From: an uncultured Clostridiaceae bacterium
Lineage (GTDB): Bacteria > Bacillota > Clostridia > Saccharofermentanales > UBA5734
Direction of reading: 5' to 3'
DNA length: 64,000 nucleotides
Assembly: GCA_942493365.1 (NCBI GenBank)
Contig: OW818697.1
Location: forward strand, 1,122,634 to 1,186,633
This document shows, piece after piece, positions 1 to 11,273 of this stretch; position 1 is the first letter of the stretch, and the number at the start of each line of letters is the position of its first letter. The position numbers and the translations under genes were made by a program. The notes beneath the pieces were generated by a model. The model had not been told where the DNA came from, ran no database searches, and saw nothing but the letters and a program-made list of their open reading frames with translations.

Positions 1-534
1 TGGTCTGACCCCGACGTGATCCTGTCGCGTTACGAGCGCTGGACGGGCGAGGGTGTCAAGCGCCTGGTGACGATTCCCTACGTCAGCATGCACGGCAGCA
101 CGCACGTCATGGTCGACCATCTGGCAGTCAAGCTGGCTGAACAAGGCCTGTCGGTCATCTGCCGCGATCTCGGCCGTCACCCGGACAGCCTGGCACTGGA
201 GACCGGCCACATGATTACCGATTTGGTCGATGCCGCCGCCATCATTTTGGCCACGTCGACCGTGCTGGGCGGCCCGCATCCCAACATGTCGTACGCCGCC
301 ATGGTCGCCAACGCGGTGCGCCCCAAATGCCCCATTTACGGCATGATTGGTTCGTTTGGCTGGGGCAGCAAGGCCGCCGAAACGCTCGATACGCTGACCG
401 CCAACCTCAAGGTGGAGCGGCTGGCACCCTTCATGGTCAAGGGGCTGCCGACCGACGAAGACTTGGCGCGGCTGAGCGACTATGCGGTCGAGCTGGCACA
501 GAAAATTCGGGCGCTGCCGGTGTTGATCGACTAA
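1..534 (+). CDS. C-terminal fragment of a flavoprotein (flavodoxin-like domain, FprA/flavodiiron-type); 5' end outside window
   Basis: Frame 1 is open from base 1 (WSDPDVILSRYERW...) to TAA 532-534. Flavodoxin-like pattern VTIPYVSMHGSTHVMVDHLAVKLAEQG...IGSFGWGSKAAE. A hairpin terminator follows. Confidence 0.55.
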   Translation, partial: WSDPDVILSRYERWTGEGVKRLVTIPYVSMHGSTHVMVDHLAVKLAEQGLSVICRDLGRHPDSLALETGHMITDLVDAAAIILATSTVLGGPHPNMSYAAMVANAVRPKCPIYGMIGSFGWGSKAAETLDTLTANLKVERLAPFMVKGLPTDEDLARLSDYAVELAQKIRALPVLID

Positions 535-563
535 TAACTAATAACAAAAAAGCAAAAGATTTT

Positions 564-597
564 TGGACTTGTGGGCAAACGCCCCAAGTCCATTTTT
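564..597 (+). terminator. Rho-independent terminator candidate
   Basis: TGGACTTG (564-571) pairs with CAAGTCCA (585-592), followed by TTTTTG. Confidence 0.6.
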
Positions 598-644
598 GCG
601 CTAATATTACATAGGGTTATCCATGCAAAAACAGCAACATTTAA

Positions 645-776
645 AGTTAGCGGCAAAGATGTGACTTTACGAGATTTGCAAATCCTTCGAGAACGCCGAC
701 AACACACTATTGACAGCATCCATCTTAGTCGTTGTTTTAAGCGAGAAGATATGATGTCACATTTTTGCCGCTAACT
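645..776. repeat. 21-bp inverted-repeat element enclosing 90 bp (copy 1 of 2)
   Basis: Arms AGTTAGCGGCAAAGATGTGAC (645-665) and GTCACATTTTTGCCGCTAACT (756-776) are reverse complements with 1 mismatch. The same arms abut directly at 33175-33216. Confidence 0.8.
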
Positions 777-806
777 TCAGAAAGCGGTTTTTTAGCATAT
801 ATACTT

Positions 807-1484
807 TTAGCTAAACAAACTTTGCTGATTGGGGTCAACCGGGATTTCATCATCATCGTCATCGACCAGATCCAGGCCGGTGCGGAAGGGCTCGAACGAG
901 TTATCGTCCAGGCGGTCGATCGGGCCAGCCATGGTCACTTCGCCGGTCAGAAGGGACAGCAGGCCAAGGTAAACGGTCTGCGGGTGGCGTTTCCAGCGTT
1001 CGCAAATCTGCTGGGCCATGCTTTTGTCGGGTATGGTCAGGCGCAGGTCGAGCAGGTCTTTGAGACCGTCATTTTGCTTGAGACGAACGAGAAAAAAACC
1101 GTTACCGTCGGGCTCGCTGGTGGCGCTGAGGGTGTTTTCGAGGCGAATGTCCTTCTGCCAGCCCGAACAGGCCTGCGCCAGATAGGAGCGGATGGGCAAC
1201 GGGATGCGGCTTTCGAGAATAGACAGGACCGACACGCCGCCGGGGGTCAGGTCGCAGCGGGTAACCGGGCGGCCGATGGCATCGAGCATTTCTTCGCCCT
1301 TGCGCACGCCTTCGGCGACCATGCGATCGCGGCAGAGTTCTTCGTAGGCGGTGACAAAGTCGAAATAATCCATGTAGAGGGTTTCGAGCGAGAGGGTGGT
1401 CAGCTGGTTCAGGGTGATGCCCTGGATTCTGCTCAAGATGGACAGGATGATCAGTTTGTTGATGGCCAATTCTGCTGTGTCCAT
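807..1484 (-). CDS. DUF4364-like protein (putative winged-helix regulator), acidic C-terminal tail
   Basis: 225-aa ORF. The N-terminus LAINKLIILSILSRIQGITLNQL resembles the Clostridial DUF4364 family (recognised from memory only). C-terminal DDDDDE tail. The overlapping + strand ORF 765-1502 is an antisense artefact. Confidence 0.5.
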   Translation of the reverse strand: MDTAELAINKLIILSILSRIQGITLNQLTTLSLETLYMDYFDFVTAYEELCRDRMVAEGVRKGEEMLDAIGRPVTRCDLTPGGVSVLSILESRIPLPIRSYLAQACSGWQKDIRLENTLSATSEPDGNGFFLVRLKQNDGLKDLLDLRLTIPDKSMAQQICERWKRHPQTVYLGLLSLLTGEVTMAGPIDRLDDNSFEPFRTGLDLVDDDDDEIPVDPNQQSLFS

Positions 1485-1508
1485 TTTTCACCACTCCCTT
1501 GATTGATT

Positions 1509-2300
1509 TTAGCCGGCGAATTCCTGAGAGAAAAAGTAACGTCCATCACTGCGGAGATAAACGCTTATAGCGATGTGGGTGAAGTCTTGGTTCAACATAT
1601 TTATTAGATGACCGTCGGATGCTACAAGTCCTTCCATAGCTTCTTGGACAGCTTGGCCTGTTGAATAATTATTGTACGCCAGATTTTCGCCGAAAGTGTG
1701 CGACGGACGGACGCCGAGGGCATCAAACAGATCACTCCACTGATCGCAGGTCTTGTCGTCAGTCGGCCGCGTATGGCTCCAGAGTACCGAGGCCTCAGCG
1801 GCGCGAATCGCGGCAACTTGCTGCAGGCTGCTGCTTCCGACGGTTAGGGGCAGCCGGTTGTTGTCGATTCGAAGTTGATTGACCAAGCCGATAAATTGAT
1901 CAATCATGGCCTGACTGCCGCTGAACCCCACATTGGCCGGTACACCAGGCAGATGGATTTTATCAGGTTCGGTAAACGTCGTTGTCGTCGCGATTGTTGT
2001 CGGGGTGGTCGGCTTTACCGTCGGTTTGGCCGTCGTCGTCGGCGCTGCGGTCGTTGCCACCGCCGTCGTCGGCGTTATGGTTGTCGTCGTCGCCGTCGTC
2101 GGCTCCAAGGTCGCCGTTGTGGACAGGCTTGGCAACGATAATTCAGCCGTTGTCGCGCCAGTGACGGTTTCGGCGGATGTTGTGACCAATCCGGCCGAAA
2201 GTGCATCAACAGCCCATTCGCAAGATGAAAGCGTAATAATTAATGACAGGCAAAGCGCTGTGATTGCAGTGCTTTTCGCGATTCTAATGACAAACTTCAA
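1509..2300 (-). CDS. CAP/SCP (YkwD-like) domain lipoprotein with Thr-rich linker
   Basis: The C-terminal CAP-like region ends ...GENLAYNNYSTGQAVQEAMEGLVASDGHLINML.... The lipobox-like signal is KSTAITALCLSLIITLSSC. The likely start is TTG at 2300, with GGGAGG 7 nt upstream, not the track's ATG at 2423, which would overlap the upstream ABC gene. Confidence 0.7.
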   Translation of the reverse strand: MKFVIRIAKSTAITALCLSLIITLSSCEWAVDALSAGLVTTSAETVTGATTAELSLPSLSTTATLEPTTATTTTITPTTAVATTAAPTTTAKPTVKPTTPTTIATTTTFTEPDKIHLPGVPANVGFSGSQAMIDQFIGLVNQLRIDNNRLPLTVGSSSLQQVAAIRAAEASVLWSHTRPTDDKTCDQWSDLFDALGVRPSHTFGENLAYNNYSTGQAVQEAMEGLVASDGHLINMLNQDFTHIAISVYLRSDGRYFFSQEFAG

Positions 2301-2403
2301 AAGGTTTTCCTCCCTGAAATCCGCTTGATAATATAAGTATAGAGTTTTATGTTCTTTTTGCAAAGGGGAAATATACCCGAAATTTTCAGCAACCGCGAGT
2401 GAG

Positions 2404-4227
2404 TCAAGCGGGATTGTTGTCAATAACTTCCATAATGTACTGGTTGAGGTAAAGCTGACGATATTGCCCGCCCCGGCGCATCAGTTCGCGGTGGGTGCCC
2501 TCTTCGGCGATCTTGCCGTCGCTGATGACCAGAATGCGGTCGGCCTGCCGGATGGTGGACAGGCGGTGGGCGATGATGAAGGCCGTCCGGCCTTTGAGTA
2601 CGGCCTGAATGGCGTGCTGAATGAGCACCTCAGTTTCGGTGTCAACCGAGGAGGTTGCCTCGTCAAGCACGAAAATGCGCGGGTCGGCCAGGATGGCGCG
2701 GGCGAAGGAGATCAGCTGTTTTTCGCCCGTTGACAGGCGGTTGCCGCCCTCGCCGACCAGGGTGTCGTAGCCGTTTTCCAGACGCATGATGAAATCATGG
2801 GCACTGACCATGCGGGCTGCGGCTTCGATCTGCTCGGGGGTGGCGTCCAGGTTGCCGTAGCGAATGTTGTCGGCGACGCTGCCCGAAAAAAGATGCGGCG
2901 TCTGCAGGACATAGCCAAGGTTGGCGTAGAGCCAGAGCATGGGGCGTTCCCGGTAATCGACACCGTCGATCAGGATGCTGCCGGTGGTCGGTTCATAAAA
3001 GCGGCAGGCCAGATTGACCAGCGTACTCTTGCCCGCGCCGGTCTCGCCGACCAGGGCAATGACCTGACCAGCTGGGACGTGCAGATTGAAATCTTCCAGA
3101 ATTACCTCTTCGCCGCCATAACTGAAACCGACGCCGCGAAAGTCGACCTCGCCGTGCATCACCGGCCAGGGTTCGCGACCATGGCCATCAGCAGTGCCAT
3201 AGCGAGCCTGGACATCGGGGGTGTCGTTGATGGCCGGCTGCTCAGCCAGGAGCGACATGACGCGCTCAGCAGCGGCCTGGGCCGACTGCATGCTGGTCAT
3301 CACGCGGGCGAGGTGCTTGATCGGGTCCCACAGACGCGTGACGTAGAGGATGGCGGCATAGAGGGTACCGGTCAGGATGATGCCGCCGATGACCATCTGG
3401 CCGCCGAAATTGAGCACCAGCGCCGCGCCGACTGCGCCGAGCAGCGAGACGACCGGCATAAACATGGCGCCGAATACGGCGGCCTTGACTGATTCGCGGT
3501 ACATGCCGTCAGCGATTTCGCCGAATTCGGTATTGTTTTCCTGCTCGCGTCGCAAGGTTTTGCTGGTGCGGGCGCCCATGATGCCTTCGTTAAAGGCGCT
3601 GGTCAGACGGGAATTGATCCGGCGAATCTGACGTTGGAGGGTCAGCAGGCGTTTTTGGAAAAACCAGCTGACCAGGAGGAGAATGGGGATCAGCACGACC
3701 GCCAGCAGAGCCAGCCGAACATCGAGGACGAACATGGCTACGATGATGACAAGGATGGTGGTCAGGCCCCAGGCGAGGTCGACCAGACTCCAGGTGATGA
3801 CTTCACTCAAGCGGTTGGTATCGGAAACCATGCGAGACATGATCCAGCCGACCGGCGTCCGGTCGAAGTAGGAGAAGGAGAGGTCCTGCAGCTGCCGAAA
3901 ACCGGCCTTGCGGATTTCGAAATTGAGTCCGACCTCGATGCGGCCGGCGAAATGCAGAAAAAAGCGGATGGCAGCTGCCTGCAAAATGACGATCACAAGA
4001 TAGATCAGACTGTAGGTGACGATACCTTCGCTGCTGTTGTTGCGAATAAAGGTATCGATGGCATAGCGGGCCAACAGCGGGGTGACGGCGTCCAGCACGG
4101 CCAGAACGGCCATGATGACACCCAGCAGGATAAACTCGCGTTTGAAGGTAGCCGCATGCTGGAGAAAACGCTTCCAGACGGCCATGTTTAAGTGGCTGGA
4201 GAATTCTTGTTCTTCTGGCTGACTCAT
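2404..4227 (-). CDS. ABC exporter, fused permease/ATPase (type I, heterodimer partner)
   Basis: 607 aa with an N-terminal 6-TM domain. Walker A GETGAGKST, signature LSTGEKQ, Walker B IFVLDEATS. Confidence 0.9.
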   Translation of the reverse strand: MSQPEEQEFSSHLNMAVWKRFLQHAATFKREFILLGVIMAVLAVLDAVTPLLARYAIDTFIRNNSSEGIVTYSLIYLVIVILQAAAIRFFLHFAGRIEVGLNFEIRKAGFRQLQDLSFSYFDRTPVGWIMSRMVSDTNRLSEVITWSLVDLAWGLTTILVIIVAMFVLDVRLALLAVVLIPILLLVSWFFQKRLLTLQRQIRRINSRLTSAFNEGIMGARTSKTLRREQENNTEFGEIADGMYRESVKAAVFGAMFMPVVSLLGAVGAALVLNFGGQMVIGGIILTGTLYAAILYVTRLWDPIKHLARVMTSMQSAQAAAERVMSLLAEQPAINDTPDVQARYGTADGHGREPWPVMHGEVDFRGVGFSYGGEEVILEDFNLHVPAGQVIALVGETGAGKSTLVNLACRFYEPTTGSILIDGVDYRERPMLWLYANLGYVLQTPHLFSGSVADNIRYGNLDATPEQIEAAARMVSAHDFIMRLENGYDTLVGEGGNRLSTGEKQLISFARAILADPRIFVLDEATSSVDTETEVLIQHAIQAVLKGRTAFIIAHRLSTIRQADRILVISDGKIAEEGTHRELMRRGGQYRQLYLNQYIMEVIDNNPA

Positions 4228-6047
4228 GCGGGCTCACCTCCTTCGTCCATTTCGTCAAGATTGTTCTGGATATCAAAGACCCGCTGATAGAGGCCCGGCT
4301 GGTGTATCAGCTGCTCGTGAGTGCCCTCGGCTGTGATGCGGCCGTTTTCCAGCACGAAAATGCGATCGGCGCCGGAGAGGGTGGCAATGCGATGGGAGAC
4401 TAAGAGGGTGGTCGACTGATGACGCCGGGCGGCCAGTTCCTGACGGATCATCTGATCGGTATGGGTATCGACGGCACTCAACGAATCATCGAAGATGACA
4501 ATCGGGCACTCGCGAATCAGGGTGCGGGCAATGGTCAGGCGCTGTTTTTGACCGCCGGACAGTGTGACACCGCGTTCGCCGACCAGGGTATCGTAGCCGT
4601 TTTCGAAGGACGTCACATCGCCGTGAAAGGCTGCCACCCGTGAGGCCTCATAGACCTCTTCGGGACTGGCGGTCGGGCGCGGCAGGCGGATGTTTTCGAA
4701 GACGCTGCGCGAAAAGACAAAGGGCTCCTGGAGGACCAGGCCAATCTGACGACGAACGCTGCCGCGCTGAATTTGCGTGATGTCGGTGCTGTCGAGCAGG
4801 ATACGACCGGCCGTCGGTTCGTAGAGTCGCTGCAACAGGTAGAGCAGCGTGGACTTGCCCGAACCGGTCGGTCCGATGACACCGATGGTTTCGCCGGGGT
4901 TGACGTTGAAGGTGATGTCCCGGAGGATGGGCCGCTGTTCGGCCTGATAGGCAAAATCGACCTGTTCAAAGGCGATCGCCCCACGCAGCACCGGGTCGGC
5001 CAGCTCGGGTTCGGCCGGTTCAGCGGGTTCGTGGAGAATTTCCTGTAAACGGCTGTTGGAGATCTGCACCTTGCCGGCGTCACCAATGATGCGCGCCAGG
5101 CCGCGCAGGGGGTAGAGCAGCATTTCGGTATAGGAAATGAATACGACCAACTGACCCAACGTCAGGTTGCCGGCGATGACCGCCAGCGTGCCGGCGACGG
5201 TGACCGCGCCGATCTGGAGCAGGCAAATGAGATCCGAGAAGGCCCAGAAATTGGCAATGACTTTGTAGGTATTCCAACCGTGACGAAGCAGGGTCTGATT
5301 TTTTTCGTTGAATTTCTCGCGTTCAAAGGCCTGACGGGCAAAGGCCTTGACCACACGGATGCCGGTCAGGTTTTCTTGTAGGGTGGCCGAAAGCGCGCCC
5401 TCGGCCTCATCCCATTTTTGAAACGCGTCACGTTCCTGGCGAAAGTAAAGCATGGAGGAGACAAAGACAATCGGCGTGACGGCCAGGCCGATCAAGGCCA
5501 TAGTCGGGTTGATGCCGAACAGGACGGCGACCGAAAAGACGATCAGCGTCATCGACTTGACAATCTCGGTCAGCTGGGTGTTGAAAAACTTGTCAACCGT
5601 CTCAACGTCCGAGGTGCAGCGCTGGATCAGGTCGCCGGTTTCGGCCTTGGCATGGTAGGTGAAGGGGAGATTCTGGATGTGGCCGAACAGCGTCTTGCGC
5701 ATGCGACGGGCACCATCCTCGGCGAACAGGGCGATCCAGCGGCCGCTGGCAAAAACCAGCGCACCGTCAACCAAGGTGATCAGCAGCATCAGCAGGGCGG
5801 GCAGCCAGAGGTTGGCCAGCATCCAGCCGCGGCCACCCACGCTGTCGAACAAGGCGGTCAGAAAGCCCGGCAATTGCGGTGGCTCACTGTTGATGACCGA
5901 GTCAACGACAAAACTGACAATCAGCGGCAGCATCAGGGACAGGATGGCCGAGGACGCGGCAAAAACAACCGCTCCGGCGAAAAGGCCGAAGTGGCCGCGA
6001 TAGAAACCAAGCAGCCCGCGCCATTGTTTTTTAAGTCCGTCTTTCAT
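4224..6047 (-). CDS. ABC exporter, fused permease/ATPase (type I, heterodimer partner)
   Basis: 607 aa. Walker A GPTGSGKST, signature LSGGQKQ. A 4-bp ATGA overlap with the downstream partner gene suggests translational coupling. Confidence 0.9.
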   Translation of the reverse strand: MKDGLKKQWRGLLGFYRGHFGLFAGAVVFAASSAILSLMLPLIVSFVVDSVINSEPPQLPGFLTALFDSVGGRGWMLANLWLPALLMLLITLVDGALVFASGRWIALFAEDGARRMRKTLFGHIQNLPFTYHAKAETGDLIQRCTSDVETVDKFFNTQLTEIVKSMTLIVFSVAVLFGINPTMALIGLAVTPIVFVSSMLYFRQERDAFQKWDEAEGALSATLQENLTGIRVVKAFARQAFEREKFNEKNQTLLRHGWNTYKVIANFWAFSDLICLLQIGAVTVAGTLAVIAGNLTLGQLVVFISYTEMLLYPLRGLARIIGDAGKVQISNSRLQEILHEPAEPAEPELADPVLRGAIAFEQVDFAYQAEQRPILRDITFNVNPGETIGVIGPTGSGKSTLLYLLQRLYEPTAGRILLDSTDITQIQRGSVRRQIGLVLQEPFVFSRSVFENIRLPRPTASPEEVYEASRVAAFHGDVTSFENGYDTLVGERGVTLSGGQKQRLTIARTLIRECPIVIFDDSLSAVDTHTDQMIRQELAARRHQSTTLLVSHRIATLSGADRIFVLENGRITAEGTHEQLIHQPGLYQRVFDIQNNLDEMDEGGEPA

Positions 6048-6178
6048 TTGCCGCCTTAACCTTTGCCAGATTTGCCGAAAGCCCTTCTATTTTAACAGAA
6101 CGACCCAAAGAATTGAAAGAAAATGTCGCAATTTCAGGCATTATAGAAATATTCGATACAGTGAATATTTGCGCTTGC

Positions 6179-6207
6179 TTGCCCGGGCAGGCAATTTTTG
6201 GTATATT
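6179..6207 (+). promoter_or_regulatory. sigma-A type promoter candidate for galE
   Basis: TTGCCC (6179-6184), 17-nt spacer, TATATT (6202-6207), with TGG immediately upstream of the -10. Confidence 0.4.
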
Positions 6208-6242
6208 AAAGGGCAGGACAAGGCAACTTCGGGAGGATATTC

Positions 6243-7268
6243 ATGGTGAGTACTGTTTTGGTTACAGGGGGTGCCGGATACATCGGCAGCCATACCTGTG
6301 TTGAGTTATTAAATGAAGGCCATAACGTTGTCGTTGTCGACAATTTTGTCAACAGTAAGCCCGAAGCGCTTCGCCGAATCAAGACAATTACCGGCCGTGA
6401 TTTTGCCTTTTACGAACTGGACGTGCTGGATACCGATGCCCTGACGGCGGTTTTTCAAAAGCATTCGATTGACGCGGTCATCCATTTTGCCGGTCTCAAA
6501 GCGGTCGGCGAATCGGTGGCCATGCCCCTGGCATATTACCGCAACAATCTCGACAGCACGCTGGCGCTGTGTGAGGTCATGAATCAGGCCGGTGTCAAAA
6601 AGCTGGTTTTCAGCTCGTCGGCCACGGTCTATGGTGTGCCCGAGCGGATGCCGATCACCGAGGATTTTCCGCTGTCCTGCACCAACCCCTATGGCTGGAC
6701 CAAATTTATGAACGAGCAGATCCTGCGCGATCTGGCGGCGGCTGATCCGGCCTGGTCGATCATGCTGCTGCGCTATTTCAACCCGATCGGCGCGCACAAA
6801 TCCGGCCAGATCGGCGAAGACCCGGCCGGCATCCCCAACAACCTCATTCCCTTCATCGCCCAGGTCGCCGTTGGACGCCTGCCGTTTCTGCGCATCTTTG
6901 GCAATGACTACCCGACGGTTGACGGCACCGGCGTCCGTGACTACATTCATGTCGTTGACCTGGCTGTCGGACACTGCCGCGCCATTGATTATGTGCTCGC
7001 CAAAACCGGCGCCGAAATAGTCAACCTCGGCACTGGCCGCGGCTGCAGCGTGCTCGAAATGGTCGCCGCCTTCGAAAAGGCCTGCGGGCGCAAGATCCCC
7101 TACGAGATCAATCCGCGCCGCCCCGGTGACATCGCCGAATGTTACGCCGATCCCGCCAAGGCCAAAGCGGTTCTGGGCTGGCAGGCCCAGTTCAGCCTGG
7201 AAGATATGTGCGCCGACACCTGGCGCTGGCAGTCGAACAACCCCCAAGGCTACAATACCATCCCCTGA
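6243..7268 (+). CDS. galE: UDP-glucose 4-epimerase
   Basis: 341 aa. Rossmann motif VLVTGGAGYIGSH, catalytic YxxxK (PYGWTK), typical GalE length and end-to-end pattern. Confidence 0.9.
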   Translation: MVSTVLVTGGAGYIGSHTCVELLNEGHNVVVVDNFVNSKPEALRRIKTITGRDFAFYELDVLDTDALTAVFQKHSIDAVIHFAGLKAVGESVAMPLAYYRNNLDSTLALCEVMNQAGVKKLVFSSSATVYGVPERMPITEDFPLSCTNPYGWTKFMNEQILRDLAAADPAWSIMLLRYFNPIGAHKSGQIGEDPAGIPNNLIPFIAQVAVGRLPFLRIFGNDYPTVDGTGVRDYIHVVDLAVGHCRAIDYVLAKTGAEIVNLGTGRGCSVLEMVAAFEKACGRKIPYEINPRRPGDIAECYADPAKAKAVLGWQAQFSLEDMCADTWRWQSNNPQGYNTIP

Positions 7269-7313
7269 ACCACCCGCAGTCAGTCCGCCCTAAAAATTGA
7301 AAGGAGAATCGCC

Positions 7314-7964
7314 ATGATACTTGACATTATCCTGATCGTCATCGTCGCCATTAATGTTCTGCTCGGCTTCAAACGAGGTCTCCTCGTGATGCTGGGACGC
7401 CTGATCATGCTTGTTCTGATCGTGGCGGTCGCCTTGCTGGTGGTTGGTCCGTTGACTGACGCCCTGGCTGCCGCGCCCTTCATGGCATCGATCGAAAAGG
7501 GCTTCGGTGACGCCGTACTCGAGCCGCTCAAAAGCTCGGTCGCGACCATTGACTCAGCCGTGACCAGCCTGGGACTACCGCCGGCCTTGGCGGCTTTGAT
7601 CCGCTCGCAATTGCCGTCCAGCGGCAGCAGTCTGAACGAGGGCTATGCCGAATTCACCAATGTCCTTTTCAAGTTCGCGCTCAACGCCATCATCTTCATC
7701 ATCTTGTTTATTCTGATCATCCTGTTGGTCAGCGTGCTGACCAAAGCCCTGACCAAGGCAGCCGACAAGGTGCCGGTCATCGGCCCGGCCAACCATGTGG
7801 GCGGCCTGGTGCTCGGACTGGCGGTCGGTCTTCTGCAAATTTGTGTGATCCTGCTGGCCATGGGCTTCATCACCCCATATTTTGACTTTGTCGCCAAAGC
7901 CGTCAGTGATTCCTGGCTGGCCGCACGTTTTTATGAGATCAATATCTTATCGTTGATCATGTAA
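7314..7964 (+). CDS. cvpA: CvpA-family integral membrane protein
   Basis: 216 aa, multi-TM. The N-terminus MILDIILIVIVAINVLLGFKRGLL is typical of the CvpA family. Confidence 0.6.
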   Translation: MILDIILIVIVAINVLLGFKRGLLVMLGRLIMLVLIVAVALLVVGPLTDALAAAPFMASIEKGFGDAVLEPLKSSVATIDSAVTSLGLPPALAALIRSQLPSSGSSLNEGYAEFTNVLFKFALNAIIFIILFILIILLVSVLTKALTKAADKVPVIGPANHVGGLVLGLAVGLLQICVILLAMGFITPYFDFVAKAVSDSWLAARFYEINILSLIM

Positions 7965-7971
7965 TTTCCTC

Positions 7972-8000
7972 TTGACAAAGGAAATGCGAAAGCCTATATT
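7972..8000 (+). promoter_or_regulatory. sigma-A promoter of groES-groEL
   Basis: TTGACA (7972-7977), 17-nt spacer, TATATT (7995-8000), immediately upstream of CIRCE. Confidence 0.75.
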
Positions 8001-8011
8001 TATGTTTGGAG

Positions 8012-8038
8012 TTAGCACTCTCGTTAATGGAGTGCTAA
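8012..8038 (+). promoter_or_regulatory. CIRCE operator (HrcA binding site)
   Basis: TTAGCACTC-tcgttaatg-GAGTGCTAA is an exact match to the CIRCE consensus TTAGCACTC-N9-GAGTGCTAA. It lies 45 nt upstream of groES. Confidence 0.95.
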
Positions 8039-8368
<330 letters not shown>

Positions 8369-8396
8369 ACCCACAGATTTTACATTCAGGAGGTAA

Positions 8397-10025
<1,629 letters not shown>

Positions 10026-10034
10026 AAAACCGAA

Positions 10035-10160
10035 GAAAAGCGACAAAAAACCGGCTTTTCAGCGAACCTGTAACAGGTAACAGGTAACAGGGAACAGGGA
10101 ACAGGTAACAGGTAACAGGTAATAGGTAATAGGAAGCGAGGAGCTGGCGAAAGCCGGCTC
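10035..10160 (+). repeat. heptad-array module downstream of groEL (hairpin, 12 x 7-bp units, second hairpin/terminator)
   Basis: GAAAAGC (10035-41) pairs with GCTTTTC (10054-60). Tandem 7-mers run from 10061 to 10144: AGCGAAC CTGTAAC AGGTAAC x2 AGGGAAC x2 AGGTAAC x2 AGGTAAT x2 AGGAAGC GAGGAGC. The hairpin GAGCTGGC-GAAA-GCCGGCTC (10141-10160) is followed by TTCAATTTT. Confidence 0.9.
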
Positions 10161-10351
10161 TTCAATTTTATCGAACACCTGATATAATCATTTTAGTTGA
10201 ATCGACAAAATACGCTTAGCCCAACATATAAAAATCCGAATATAGCAAGGGGTCTTTATGGGTAGCACATTCAGCAATATCAGCATCCTAAAAAGTGAAA
10301 CCAACCAAAATATATTTTCATAATTGGCACCAGCAGGGAGAGTAAAACACG

Positions 10352-11149
10352 ATGATTCCTGAAGTAAACGCCGCCGCGAGCGGGTTTGGCCCGTACTCTT
10401 TTTCGATCCGTAACACCGACACCGACTGCTACGATCGGCTGCACCTGTCGTCGCTGTTCTCTTTCATGCAGGAGGCCGCCTACCTCAACGCGGAGGCGGG
10501 CGGATTGGGTGCCAGCCGGCTCGATCGGTTGGGGCTGTGCTGGATGCTGATCCGCATTTCGATCCGCATGGAGCGGCTCCCGCACTGGGGCGACACCCTG
10601 ACGGTGGTTACCTGGAGTCGCGGTTATCGCAAGTTGACCTGGCTGCGTGACTATGAGTTTTTCAATGAGGCTGGCGTCCGGCTGGGATGTGGCACGTCCG
10701 AATGGCTGGTTGGCAATGCCAGTGACCATCGACCGCAGCGACCGGAGCTGGCGCTGCCCGACCAACCGCTGCCGATCAGCGAGCGCGCTGTTTTCGAGGG
10801 GCTATTGTCCCGCCCACCCCAACTCACGCTTGACCAGGACAGTCAGCCGACGCTGGCGTTGTATGCCGATTTCAGCGACATTGACCGCAACCGCCATGTC
10901 AACAACACCCGCTACGTCGCCTGGTGCATGAACGCCATCCATGCCTTGGTGCGCTCTGGCCGCGAGGAACCAGCCGACCTGCAGGTCAGTGGGTTGGATA
11001 TTCACTACATCAGCGAAGTCAAAATCGGCGAAAAAATATACTGTTACGCCCAGACCGAAGCCCAGACGCCGTCAGGTGAATACCTGGTTGAGGCGCGTCG
11101 CGCGGAAGATGGTTCGACCGTTTTTCGGGCGCGGGTTCTGACCGCCTGA
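10352..11149 (+). CDS. acyl-ACP thioesterase
   Basis: 265 aa. The pattern YSFSIRNTDTDCYDRLHLSSLFSFMQEAAYLNAE...GLCWMLIRISIRMERLPHWGDTLTVVTW is typical of FatA/FatB-like bacterial acyl-ACP thioesterases. Confidence 0.75.
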   Translation: MIPEVNAAASGFGPYSFSIRNTDTDCYDRLHLSSLFSFMQEAAYLNAEAGGLGASRLDRLGLCWMLIRISIRMERLPHWGDTLTVVTWSRGYRKLTWLRDYEFFNEAGVRLGCGTSEWLVGNASDHRPQRPELALPDQPLPISERAVFEGLLSRPPQLTLDQDSQPTLALYADFSDIDRNRHVNNTRYVAWCMNAIHALVRSGREEPADLQVSGLDIHYISEVKIGEKIYCYAQTEAQTPSGEYLVEARRAEDGSTVFRARVLTA

Positions 11150-11201
11150 TTAGCGACGATTCTGAACAATTATGAACTCCGGCACCCGCGGGGCGATTTT
11201 T

Positions 11202-11210
11202 TGTTATAAT
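11202..11210 (+). promoter_or_regulatory. extended -10 promoter candidate for the ABC-2 cluster
   Basis: TGtTATAAT at 11202-11210, about 65 nt upstream of ATG 11274. Confidence 0.45.
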
Positions 11211-11273
11211 CAGAACTTGTGAAAAGCATAAACCTCTCCACGACAAGGTGGATGGAGGCAAGGAGGAAGACGG

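Noticed and set aside
765-1502. 245-aa plus-strand ORF
   Set aside because: It is antisense to the better-supported DUF4364-like gene. The composition is typical of GC-rich antisense frames.
1930-2140. GTCGTC/GCCGTC-rich repetitive DNA
   Set aside because: It is the antisense of ACN Thr codons encoding the Thr-rich linker of the CAP-domain lipoprotein. This is coding low complexity, not a non-coding repeat.
6113-6304. 63-aa ORF upstream of and overlapping the galE start
   Set aside because: It covers the galE promoter region and overlaps the galE N-terminus in another frame, and it has no SD.
10061-10144. Could the short tandem repeats be CRISPR arrays?
   Set aside because: The units are 7 bp and directly abutting, with no spacers. 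There are no cas genes. This is not CRISPR architecture.
10248-10313. 21-codon ORF MGSTFSNISILKSETNQNIFS upstream of the thioesterase gene
   Set aside because: The SD is weak, nothing supports conservation, and there is no terminator or other signal. It is likely just 5' UTR.
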